From Nemertoderma westbladi (taxonomy: Eukaryota; Animalia; Xenacoelomorpha), in assembly GCA_032718475.1 (NCBI GenBank), contig JAUCBJ010008889.1, positions 1 to 64,000 on the forward strand: a DNA stretch of 64,000 nucleotides. The letters are read 5' to 3'. Position 1 is the stretch's first letter. The number at the start of each line of letters is the position of its first letter. This document shows, piece after piece, positions 52,609-64,000 of this stretch. Both the position numbers and the translations under genes were made by a program. The notes under the pieces are model-generated. The model did no database searches, had not been told where the DNA came from, and saw only the letters and a program-made list of their open reading frames with translations.

Positions 52609-53370
52609 TAAGAATGCTATACCGGCTTCAAATCATCAAAGTTGTGCCGCCGCAGCGCCCTATCAATGATTAATATCGCGAGATTCTAATCTTCAAGGCC
52701 ATTGACGTGTTCCTTAAGAAGCGAATCCAGAAAGTCATGAGCTGTACATATGCTTATTATTTCCATGAGGCCGCCCCAAATCACAACAAAGGGAGGATGT
52801 GAGGAATGCCGTGGGGATCTCAGTGGGCCTCTCGGCGAAAGCGTTGTCCTGCAAAGCGGAAGCGACTCTGTTCAAGTTTCGAGCTTGCGAGGACTAATGA
52901 GAAACGTCTAATGCTGTAAAAGGGTCTGGTTAAAGATGTGGACACAATGAACTGGGCGTAGCATTATTGTTGTGTGTGTGTGCTGTCCAGAGATAACATT
53001 ACTGCTGGCTGCGCGAAATAAAAAAATAAATAATAGAAAGTGTACTCACTGTTAACCAGTGAAGTATATCTTCTATTGTATTATATGAAATTGTAATGAA
53101 CAAAACCATTTAACTAACTTAACTAATGTTTGTAATGTTAGTATAGGAGCCACCTATCTGTGTGACTACGACAAAATAATGACCTACGACCTATTGGAAC
53201 CTAATAAAATTAATAAAGAAACTGAGAAGGTAACCGGTACCACAATTACCAATACTATCAGTATTGTAAGATAATGAACTATAAGACAGTCCTTATACAG
53301 TACAGTACTACCACTACCTACATGATTGGATTGCAATATACCACCCTTGTAATTTGAATTTCCCTCCTCC

Positions 53371-53510
53371 CTAACACGAACTTCGTATTAGTAAGACGAA
53401 GTTCGTCTTAGTAACACGAACTTCGTGTTAGTAAGTCGAAGTTCGTGTTACTAACACGAATTTCGTGTTACTAACACGAACTTCGTCTTACTAACTCGAA
53501 GTTCGTGTTA
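53371..53510. repeat. Right subterminal 20-bp palindromic repeats
   Basis: About 7 units of the same motif. Confidence 0.95.
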
Positions 53511-55409
53511 GATTTTTTTTTATTTTTAATGTCCCCTTAGGGGCTCCGTAGAAGAACGTTGCCAAGCAAAACAGAATATTGGATTGATAATTAAGGGCCT
53601 ACTGCTACTAGTAGGCATGACGACTGGTATCACTGTAGGATATACAGCCTACAGCTTGGAATCGCTGTTGTAATATCAGTCAGAGCCTACTTATCCAACA
53701 ATTCAAGGACCAGTTGCTATTGTAACCAACAAGTTAATGGAAAGTTATTCCCCATTGTTCGTTCGACTTCTGTTGAGGAACCATGCCTTCCGTAATTTGA
53801 AATGATTCAGATGTGACGTTGAAACTGAAACAGCTGCTTTATTACATGATAAACCATATATACTCAGATGTGTCAACTACATTAATGAGAACATTAAAGA
53901 ACATGGGCGCAAAGATGATGATGATGTTGTGAAATCGATTATATCATATATTGGTCAGGTGAGGTGAGGTGAAGTCAGTGAGACTGCAGTTTCACCAGAA
54001 ATCACTCATGATATGTTCCTCCAATTTCCGAAATGGAATATGTTGACGGGAAAGTTCCAAGACTACCTGAAATTGAAAGTATTTCCTGGTTTTTCAGTAA
54101 ACGCTGTCATTTACAGGTTAATGATCTCATTCTTGAAACAAACATTAAAAAGAACTTCGTTAACAGTAGAATGGAGTCTTCTCATCATATGCCCAAACCC
54201 TGGCATGAAAAGCAACTGTTTATGACTTTATAAACGACGTTAACTAGTTAAATACAGTCACAAGAGAAAGAATACATTAAGTCAGAGGTTTTGTGTATAT
54301 CTCAGTCAGATGAACATATCCTATACCGCCCTGATGACATAGTTCAAACCGAGCATAACATATTTATTAATCATAAAAAAAATCGAGCTGCATTGCTTTC
54401 TGGGCACGCCATATAGATTATCAATGATAATTCCATAATTTCAGGTTTTGGTGACACCGTCATTGTCGAATGTTAAGGAAACATATCTGACTCCCATTTC
54501 ATTTCGTGGAGCATATTCTTATGATCACAAAACTGAAAAAATTATTAAATTCGGTTAATTTTTCATCTGGCTTCGTGGTCATATTGTGTTGCAACGCCAT
54601 AGTTGAGTTGAGCCGGCCTAACCTTTTGTATCATATGCTGATAAATAAGCACTGTACTCTTGTTCTGAATGTTTCTACCCCCACGAAATCGACCATTGCG
54701 GTTCTAATGTGACCCTATTCTTAACTCTTTTATGATTAGTGGAAGCATTACTTTTAGCAATATTCCAATATTGCCTTAGCGCGATAACAGGTAAAAATTG
54801 GTTTCAACCAAGAAAGCCACAATATACCGGTAGTATGCTAGGCAGACTGTCAGATTAATGTATAAAAACATGTACCAGTACTGGCAGAGTAGGTGGAGGG
54901 CCCTGAATCCGCATTGTACCCGATAATATTCAGTTGAGCTAGCTCACCTCTTTTTTGTCATATCACAAGCGACGACTTCGAACATTATGAATAAGGGAAA
55001 GGCCAGCTTACAATAAACACTATAATAACCTATCAACGATGCATTTTTATATACACTTATTTATATATATTTATTTTTATATATACTACAGTGGACAGAT
55101 TCATACAGTTTCAGACTTTTTTTTTGCTCATGTCATTCACACCAACTAATTATTTTTTTTATTTTAATCTTTAATCCAGACATAACTGTCAATAAAAATA
55201 GAATTACATACGGAACAGCACAAAACAAATAAACCAGTTACATTAATTAATCTACTGTAAATAGTGGAACCAAATGTGTAATATTCCAATTAAGTATTAT
55301 TTACAAAGAAAAAGATATGTTTTCCATCAGTAGGATACGGGAAACAGTTAGAGAGAATGTTACCGATTATTGGATTGGACGATGCACGTAATCGCTTAAA
55401 AAGACTGCT

Positions 55410-56620
55410 GATTGCAACAGTTTACCCTTGAGATGGAGGTGGAGGGCCGCTTGTCCTTTCTTGATTTGGTTGTCACTCGGGTTGACTATGCTCTTTCAAC
55501 GGTGTGGTATCGCAAGCCTACAGATACTGGGCTCGATCTCAATGTCACTGCGTGTGCCCCTGAGTCTTACAAACGCGGTGAAGTTCATGGTATATTCCAT
55601 CGCATCTTTAACGCCAGTAAGGATGGGGATGGTTCCCAACTACCGCTATTGGGGATGCTAAGAATATTCTCAGCAATAACCAATATACTGATGCGGTGGT
55701 CGAGCATGAGCTAGCCGCAGTTCAAGCCGCTAGGGGGCGTTCAAGTAGTGGTTCTGGGGGCGAGGCACTCAACAGTTTTCCCCACCAAGATCATTGACCC
55801 AGTGGACCAGGCAGCTGCTGATGATACAAAGCCCATTATCTGTAAGTTTGAGTACCGAGGTCGGGGAACCGATCTGTTTGTTCGAAAGTTGCGTGGACTT
55901 ATACCTAGGTCTTGCACACGGCCAGTTCAGTTCGTTTTCACTACATCTAAACTGCGCCAGTCACTCCCATCTCTAAAACATCCCATCCCGGATATCCTTG
56001 TGTCTAATGTATTTTACTCTTTCTCTTGTCCCTCTTGTAAGGGAGAATATGTTGGACACACCATCCAACACTTGTTTGACGCGTTAGACAGCACCAGGAT
56101 GGGACAGCTAAGGATGGGAGCGAACAGGGTAAGACTGTGCACAACCACATCATGACTCACCGCTGCGAACCCATTACACGTTTTACTGACTGACTGGCGT
56201 GAATTGTTTAAACATTTCAAAGTAATTGCTAGACACCCATTGTGGCCAGTGTTGCAAAAGCATGAAATGTATTACATTCAAACACACAAGCCCGCAACAA
56301 CAAGCAGAAACGTGATTGGCATAAGTTTGTGGTGCTGCTTCCCAGTGGCTAGTTACCTACAGACCTCTCTCTTCATGCAATACTCTTTCTGTCTCCCTTT
56401 GAGAATTTCTCTCTACATTTCCTGGCTTGGCCTCCTGAGAATGCCTTCAGCTGCGGGGCGAAACCAACCGATTAGCTGGCTGCTGTCAGCTGATCACTGA
56501 TTGCATGCAACGTCTAGTTTCTGTACGTCAACATCTAGGTCCTGTTTTTTTTTAGTTTTTTTACATGCTTTGGTACTAACACACCTACCGGTAAGATTTT
56601 TTACTTAACGTGCTTGATAA
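55410..56620 (+). mobile_element. Penelope-like element fragment (RT C-terminus + GIY-YIG)
   Basis: QFTLEMEVEGRLSFLDL..WYRKPTDTG; SNVFYSFSCPSCKGEYVGHT. Confidence 0.88.
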
Positions 56621-56689
56621 TAAATATATATAATTATTAATATGTATAAAAGTTGTAATTCCCAATTTGCTACACGTAAGAGAGATTCT

Positions 56690-57480
56690 GGTTGGTTCAT
56701 CGTTCGTCATTCTGGGAATTTTGAAAAGCATCCAAATACCGTTATTGTAAGCTACTCGTCATTTAGAGTATACACGACCTGAAAAATTGAATCTAGACCA
56801 GACAGCATTACAATATAAAGATGAACAAAACGCTTTAAAAACTTTAATTTTAACTGAAAGTGAGCGAGAACCGAATTTCCTAACGAGTGTATTACACCAT
56901 GCGTATAGGGTGCCAGTCTGACGCTTTATATCAAAATCATCATCAGTTGTTGAGTGAAATACATGGCCTAAGTAAATATATTTATCTACAATTTACAAGT
57001 ACTCACTATTAATATAAACCTTACTTGGTATAACAAACTGCACAATTTTTTGGCAAAAAATATAAACATTTATATTTTTCAAATTAAATAAAAATGACAT
57101 TGAAATAGTACCCGCGAATTCAACACAAATATTAATTAAATGTTGTAACTCAAATAATGAGTTAGAAAATAACCCCAAATCATCCACGTAACCTAAGTGA
57201 TTGGTTCGTTGACTACCAATACGGCACCCGGTATCCAAATTATTTAAGGCCATGCTTACGTCGTCAATGTAAATATTAAACAGAAAAGGGCTCAACAAAC
57301 CACCCTGTTTCGTACCATTGGTAACAAAAAAAACTATCAGAAATACAAGCACCCCATGATACAAAGAGTTGCTGATGACGATACCAATAAGCTATTAACC
57401 TAACCATAATTGGTGGAATACCAATCTTAATTATCTTATTGAATAATATAAAATGGTTTAGCCTGTCAAACTGTTCCAGA
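56690..57480 (-). pseudogene. LINE RT fragment
   Basis: NGTKQGGLLSPFLFNIYIDD..NHLGYVDDL..YIYLGHV. Confidence 0.8.
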
Positions 57481-58048
57481 TATTCTTGCGTCTAACGTCG
57501 TTTATTCTTTCTCTTGTCCCGCTTGTAAGGGGGAATATGTTGGACATACCACCCAGCACTTGTTTGAATGCGTTAGACAGCATCAAGACGGGTCGGCCAA
57601 TGATGGTAGTGAACAAGGCAAGAGTTCACAACCATATCATGACACACCGCGGCGAGCCCAATACACGGTGGTTGACGGAGTGGCGTGAGTTCTTCAAGCA
57701 TTTCAAAGTAATTGCACGGCACCCATTGCGGCCTGTCCTGCAAAAACTTGAAATGTTTTATATGTATGCGTCAGCCCGCCATTAACAAACAGAAACGTGA
57801 TTGGCGCAAGTTTGAGGTGCTGCTTCCCAGTGGTTAGACGGATACACTTCTACCTTGTTTCACTTTACCTTTCTTTCTCCCTTGGGAACTTCTATCTATT
57901 GTCTCCTTTCTAGCACTAACTACTTGAGAAAGCCCCCATTGGGGCGATTGCATGCAACGTCTACAGGTCAGTTGCTTTTTTACTGTTTCATTTGTACTGC
58001 ATACCTACCGGTAAGGTTTTTACTTCACTGCTTGACAATTAAATAAAA
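57474..58048 (+). mobile_element. Second Penelope 3' fragment (GIY-YIG + 3' end)
   Basis: Paralogous to 55985-56620: SNVVYSFSCPACKG, FKHFKVIARHPL and a shared 3' sequence. Confidence 0.85.
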
Positions 58049-58349
58049 GTACCACTATATTGCATTAACTCAAACTTTTTAATTCATTAGATATATTATT
58101 TAACAATTATTTAACACAATTAATACATAATTAATAGAATACCATAAGCATAATTAATACCATGTCTGTAAGTCCGTCATGTGTAGACTGCAACATTAAG
58201 TGTGTAGTCTTCATTTATTGATCTATGTTTTACTTCACCATACTGAATGCTTGAAATTTCTTAACCATAAATAAGTATATGAAATAAATGAAGGTATGAC
58301 AGAAATAATCGTTGTACTTGGAGACAAACTTCCTATAATACACATTAGG

Positions 58350-61250
58350 TTGTAATAGGTGTTATCCATTATTCTCCTGGGGGAAAACCATCACAAGAAA
58401 CACAAAAAAGGAAGGATGCCATCACTTATTATACAAAAGCACTGATTGAACTTTGGAGTAAAGCCTTCGGAGTGGAACACATTCAGACACGAAAAACTGT
58501 TTCAAAAAAAATCCGGGCCGCTATCAAAACATACCATACTCAGGTAATAAATGTTAAACCATGTCACACAAAACTGTCACGGATAGAACGACTCAGGCAA
58601 TGGCGGAGTAACAATTATATGCTATTTGAAATTTTAAGGCCTTCATCTGATCCAAATACCTCCAATGAGGAAGAAAAATTATTTTATTTTGGTCAGAAAA
58701 GTGATTTGCGCACATAAGTGATCAAATTGATGAAATCTATGAACCTCCTAGTTCACAAGCAGCACTGCCAGTTGAACATGAGACTTTTTCAGATGAAAGC
58801 TGCAACGAAATTGAAGTATCTCCATATTGTCTGTGGTAACTCAATCTGCAAGTAGATCAGGATTTGTCCGCCTTACAAAACCTACTGATAATGTCTATAC
58901 ACAAACAGAATTTTCACTTGCAATCTTTCGGAAAGGATTAAAAAACTTTGTTGCATGTGCTCTCTCTCTCTAGAAAAATCTAGAGTTGCAGTTCAAATTA
59001 CCTGTAAAGAACTTTATGGACATCAATATTATCTTTCACCTACTGAGGTTAAAGGTACTACTATATCTGAAGAAGCTTCGATGAAACCACCACCAGACAA
59101 ATCACCAAAAACTGCCGATGATTATTTATCTTACAAAGACTTCCTTCCATCTCGTCGAGTATTAGTAAGATACAAACATTAACAGGCAACCTCTACCGAA
59201 AAACAAGTAAGTATAGCCCTTCATTGTAAAGAACAACATACAAAGGTTACATTGCACTATGACACTACGAGTATAAATTGCATGGATGGTGAATGGGCAT
59301 CACTCATTCATTTTAAACTTTTCTAATAACATTAGCTTCAATTTAAGGCCTATATACTTTGTATTCGAAGACCGAGAAAATATAGCTTGCCTTGCTTGTT
59401 GTAGAAACATATGAACGACTAGCAATTGCAGCTTCAACACCTTTAACTAAAGAGATTAAAGCTAAAGAACTTTGGTGTCAAACAAATGCCTTTATGACAG
59501 ATTCAGTATCAAAAAACTTACGGTAGACTGACTACCAGCCATTCCACTTGCTATGTAAATCCCATACAGTGGAAGCCTTTGATAGATCAAATATATATAC
59601 TTTAGGCTCCTTAGAAAAGAAACTAAAAATGAGAGATAAATTCGAGTCTGCAAATCCAAATTTAAAGTCATGGTTTTGATGTGAAAAGGCAGTTTTCGTT
59701 GCAGGTATAAAATTGTTAAAATGTTAAAATTGATTTCACATCAAAAAAAGTGCTAGCTCTAGCAATCTTACAGAAGAATTTGATAGAATTGTCGAACTTG
59801 AAAATAAGACAAAATATCTAACACTCTACCAGGAACGCCGTTTTGCGAAATTGGGACGATCATGCGCTTCAATATTAGATGCTTTACCCTTTATAAGCCA
59901 GCTCTTATCTGAAACTACATCATCTAATCAACATATTGAGGCTGCACGACTTTATCTTGATTGCGAATTCTTAATTTGCGAACTTGAAGTTGTTTCATAT
60001 TTTTCATATCATAGTACACTGCCTTTCTTAAACTTGATAGAGATGAGCAGCCATTCAGAACTTCGTACTATATTTCCACGTCTCTATAATGATTTATTGA
60101 GTAGTAAGGTAAATAAATACATTACAAGCATACCATATTGAATATAGCAAAATGAAAGTGAAAGAACTCTCTGGTGTGCACCAAATAGAGATGTTAAGAA
60201 CGCTGTGCAATGAAGCAGCGCAATGCTTTTACAGACAATGTTCCAGAGAATATGGGTTTAATACTGCTGTTGATACCCCACTTAGAGCTACTGACCTCAG
60301 CACTTTAACAGAAAATGAACTAAGTGGCTTACCAACCAATAATATTATTTGTGAACGTCAACTTACCGATTTTAATAGGAGGGCAAAAGTCGCCACTTGC
60401 CGAAACATATATTTCAAAGCAGGTGGCATACATGATGATTTGGTTTCTAACATCATCTGTTGAGTCCGGGTCAATTGATAAAGTAACAAAAGCAGTTCAT
60501 CGTATACTTGACAAACGTGAGCAAGTCTGGACTGACAGTCAAAAATGGTGCTGGCTAACAGAATTGCTGCAAAACAGATAAAGGTAGCATCTACACAAAT
60601 TTACGAAGAGAAACTTATAAAAGAATGCAAGTCATGTGGAGGACCTTGTTCAAGTCTGGAGGAATTTCAGTCTATCCTTCAACAGGCTCCAGACAATGAA
60701 GACCATATCGTTAGAATTGAACTATCTTATTTTCGACAATGTCACCATGCTGATATGATTAACAGGCCTGAATTATATAGATTAAACAATATATATTCTG
60801 AAGATCTTATCTAATGATGTACATGATTCGCCAGTGATGCTGCCAACTATCAAAGATGCTACCTCAATTTGCTTTAATATTAATAACTATTCAGATTCAA
60901 ATGAAAACTGTGAGAGTAATTACTCGGAGATAGATGGGGATTTTGTTGTAAGTGTAAATGATATGTGTGTAACTGTTTGGGATGGGAGGATTGGAGATAA
61001 AATATGGTATCTAGGTTGTTGCACTTCTACCAGTTCTGAGACCTCTACGATTCTTGTTGATCACTTACATCGAGTTGATGACAGCAGCAACATAAACTGG
61101 CGATATGCACGTTCACCTGATTGTGTCTCTGTTTCTCAAGACCAAATCTTAGTCTTAACTCCTTCGGGAAGCTGGAATTTCACAAACTGACTACAAACAT
61201 TCAAACTTTCAAATTCTAAAATAATCGTTAACAATGTATATGAGAACTTT
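58350..61250 (+). pseudogene. Heavily decayed DNA-transposon transposase-like gene (superfamily not assigned)
   Basis: Co-linear broken ORFs with LHYDTTS, MTDSVSKN, HLLCKSH (CxxH) and LPTNNIICER, consistent with a DDE/CxxH transposase. Confidence 0.55.
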
Positions 61251-62000
61251 AACTGAGTAACACAGTAACAAAGTCTAAATTAAAATATAAATGCAGGCTG
61301 TGTTGTATATAGGCATAATTTGGCCATATGATATATCATACAAACCTATGATTGAGGTTGAAACATGCTCTGAAAAATTAGTAAAATATCCTAAATACAG
61401 TATTTGATTCCATAGAAGGGGAACCGAAACCAGTGCACTGTACCGTATCATTAGCCCTTTAATGCAATATATTATATAGGCACATCACAAAAAATAATAC
61501 TTCATGGGACCACACCCCAAATATCAAGATCATTCGAATCACAATAATGATTAATTTATTGTGTGTAATATACAACTTCAAGGGAATGGAGATAATAGTT
61601 TTCAAATATGGCACAAAAATGTACAATTCTGATATGCTTATTAATGTTGAGATACATTTATAGTGTAATATATCGAAAACAAATCAATATACTCTTGTTT
61701 TGAAGTTTTCTACACCCACTAAATAGACTGTTGCGGTTCGAATATGCCCAAAATCAACTCTACTGTATATGACAAATTGGACTCCTCATATCCATAAAAA
61801 TTATACCCATAGTAACCATGCCATTATCGCCATATGCACACGACCAGTTGATGTCACAAAAAGAGCAGAAGCCTGATGAAAAAATGCACCAATTATATAA
61901 CTTTTAACATTTTTGAGCTTCTCAAACAATTTACTTTAAAATTAGATAGGAGCAAGAATGAATCTCCACGAATCTCCATTTTATAGCCCAGCTCTACATA

Positions 62001-62088
62001 CAGAGGAGTAGCGAGGGGGATGTGGATTTGGGGGGGGGCTATCTCAGCTTCATTCCCCTGGGCGCCAGAAGGGTTCGCTACGCCTCTG
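62001..62088. mobile_element. Tiny hAT-like MITE
   Basis: CAGAGGAGTAGCGA ... TCGCTACGCCTCTG inverted ends; imperfect 8-bp flanks TCTACATA/CCTACTTA. Confidence 0.6.
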
Positions 62089-62448
62089 CCTACTTATACT
62101 GTAAATATTGCAGGAGGAATCCCTTCTGTGCCTTGCAAGCACCAGGTTTCCATTGCCACCAAATATAAAACAATGGACAAATTCATCCTCTGTATTTGAA
62201 AGTATAAACGCAAGTACTAGCGCTGGCCTAATGGGAAATGAAAAGCCAAAATAGGGCTGTAAACACTGTTGTTTACCAATAGCATCTCGTCGATCTACCT
62301 TCACTGCGACTACATCCCCAATCGGGGTTTGAACATGTGAGCCGTGTGTGTCCTGGTAAGAAGTGGTAACTTCTACATATTCAGTTGCTTCCCCCACAAA
62401 CCAGAAGATGTCGAAGTAAAGTAGTAGAAGTAAAACATCACAAACCAT
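62089..62448 (-). other. Possible coding exon of unknown gene (hydrophobic N-terminus, RHRR motif)
   Basis: An open frame of ~120 codons with protein-like composition; no recognised domain. Confidence 0.2.
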
Positions 62449-64000
62449 TGTATTACAATTTCAGAATAGTAGTTATATAAATAGAAGAAATCGATTTGGG
62501 GTAATGGTTCCTTTCACAGATCTTAGCTTGACGCACTGGTGCGTTATTGCCCCCGAAATCTTAACAGAATATAACTGGAATTCATTAAATAAATGCCCAA
62601 CAATACGCCGCCCATTATTCCGTCTTTGTGAAATCATTTTGATTTTTGATAGTACAAATTATTAAAGAATACTAATAAACAATAAATAATATAATAAATA
62701 ATGAAAATATGTTTTGTTAGTGTAAAAATAATGATATTTATGTAATAACGTTCCCATGAATATTTCATATTTACCGGGGGGGGGGGGGGGTGGTGGTGGG
62801 GGGGCGGGGGGGCGGGGGGATGGGGGGGGGGGGGGGGGCGTCGACGATTTATACCCTATACACTTTGATAGTAGAGTAGAGTAGCACTATTCTCATTAGT
62901 TTTATGTTACATGTTAGCACCATGCAACCCTGAGTGGGAGGCCTGACTTTCAGAAACCAATAATGTCTTCAGCGATATGACATTAAAATAAAATCAACGA
63001 CTGACTAATATATTATTCATTAAACTTAAAATTGTTCGAGTCATTGATGTCATTCACTCATAAAAAAAACTGTTGAAAGGAACCAATGTAAAATGCACTG
63101 ATGCCAGGATATGTACCTAACCGCACTTACCTACCTGCCTTTAATGGGATTTACTATGTTATAATCTTATCCCAGAATCGACGAGATATCACGATGTAAG
63201 ATCCCTGCCAACTAAGGCCTACTACCTGTGGCTATAACCGTTATCATTATCCCAGCCCAGTTAGAACTCCTCGGTTATATCCCATTGGTTGTTTTTGACA
63301 AGGTTCCCTTAGTTCAACAATAATAATGCATTAACTTTCCTTGACAGGAATAGTTCATATTTGCTCTTAAAATTAAAATCCCTGATTCATTATAGGTGAA
63401 AATACAGTTCGGAGAAGGAACATCTATTTACATATTTCAGTGTCATTATAAAACTGTATATTGGGATCATAGTTTTTATGACATATTGCAGTTTTGTTTG
63501 ATTTCCATTTTACAGTCCATTGCATTCTTATTTATTCTATTAGAGTTTAGACTGACAGATTAGTATTAGAGTAGACTTAATCTTTGTAATTTTGTATGTA
63601 GTACAGTAGTACGTAGTATTAAGAGTAGCCTAAACATATCCTTAAACTTAGACCTAGACCTAGCTCGGGAATGGGATCAGCAGATTCTGAAAACAGTTTA
63701 CTAAATAACTTAATAATAGGAAACATACAACTAGTGTCCATCAAATCGAAAAAATTTCAACCAAAGTGACACGAGTTGACCTATTGTCCTTAATATTAAT
63801 CAATTCAACGGATTATAATCTCCCTTTTACAGGGCTATCTTTAATTAAATTAAATTATTAATTAGATTTAACACTCATATATTACAATAGCTGTAATTCA
63901 ATCATGTCAAGACGTCAAGAATTGAGGCGCTGGTTTAACTTTCAATGCGGAAATAGAGACAAGGAGATATTTCCTGAAGAACAACCCAATATAATCCATT

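Larger units (their letters stand above)
45647..53550. mobile_element. IS3EU-like TIR DNA transposon carrying transposase and HECT ligase genes
   Basis: TIRs TACGGAGCCCCTAAGG...CCTTAGGGGCTCCGTA, ~200-260 bp including 20-bp subterminal repeats. 6-bp TSD GAAGAA (45641-45646, 53551-53556). Confidence 0.9.
45216..53618 (-). pseudogene. LINE ORF1-like remnant split by the IS3EU-like element (pieces 53551-53618 and 45216-45646)
   Basis: Removing the element gives MPTSSSRPLIINPIFCFAWQRSS|HGIPHNKLVNTISCW..FSTQDFEAARYIL..DITNLL..FVVDDFSVLPPI, which resembles CR1-group ORF1 N-termini. Confidence 0.55.

Noticed and set aside
62050-62448. Neuropeptide-like precursor (signal peptide, RHRR, RQRR-SEPFWRPG)
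   Set aside because: The C-terminal QRRSEPFWRPGE is read from the MITE at 62001-62088, so the apparent peptide is an artefact.

Overview
This window is AT-rich eukaryotic DNA, most likely from an invertebrate animal (inferred from spliceosomal introns and the TE types). It is almost entirely nested transposable elements, and I can support no intact host gene. The main contents are: (1) an 18.0-kb young BEL/Pao LTR retrotransposon (10142-28144, ATATC TSD) with long gag and pol ORFs, a decayed ~500-codon extra ORF and a rearranged 3' end. It has no tRNA primer-binding site. Instead, the 12 nt directly after the LTR are the exact reverse complement of a 12-mer inside its own LTR, which suggests Tf1-like self-priming in a BEL/Pao element. 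(2) A 7.9-kb TIR DNA transposon (45647-53550, TACGG termini, 6-bp TSD, IS3EU-like) carrying an integrase-core transposase and a convergent, five-exon HECT E3 ubiquitin ligase gene. It is interrupted by an RTE LINE insertion that appears to carry 1.8 kb of 3'-transduced DNA. (3) A near full-length RTEX-like LINE, a P-element derivative holding a tandem array of UUCG hairpins, piggyBac-, Kolobok- and hAT-like MITEs, a 2.4-kb (CAGA)n tract inside an inverted-repeat element, Penelope fragments with hammerhead remnants, and other decayed TE pieces. Family names come from motif recognition by eye; no database search was run.
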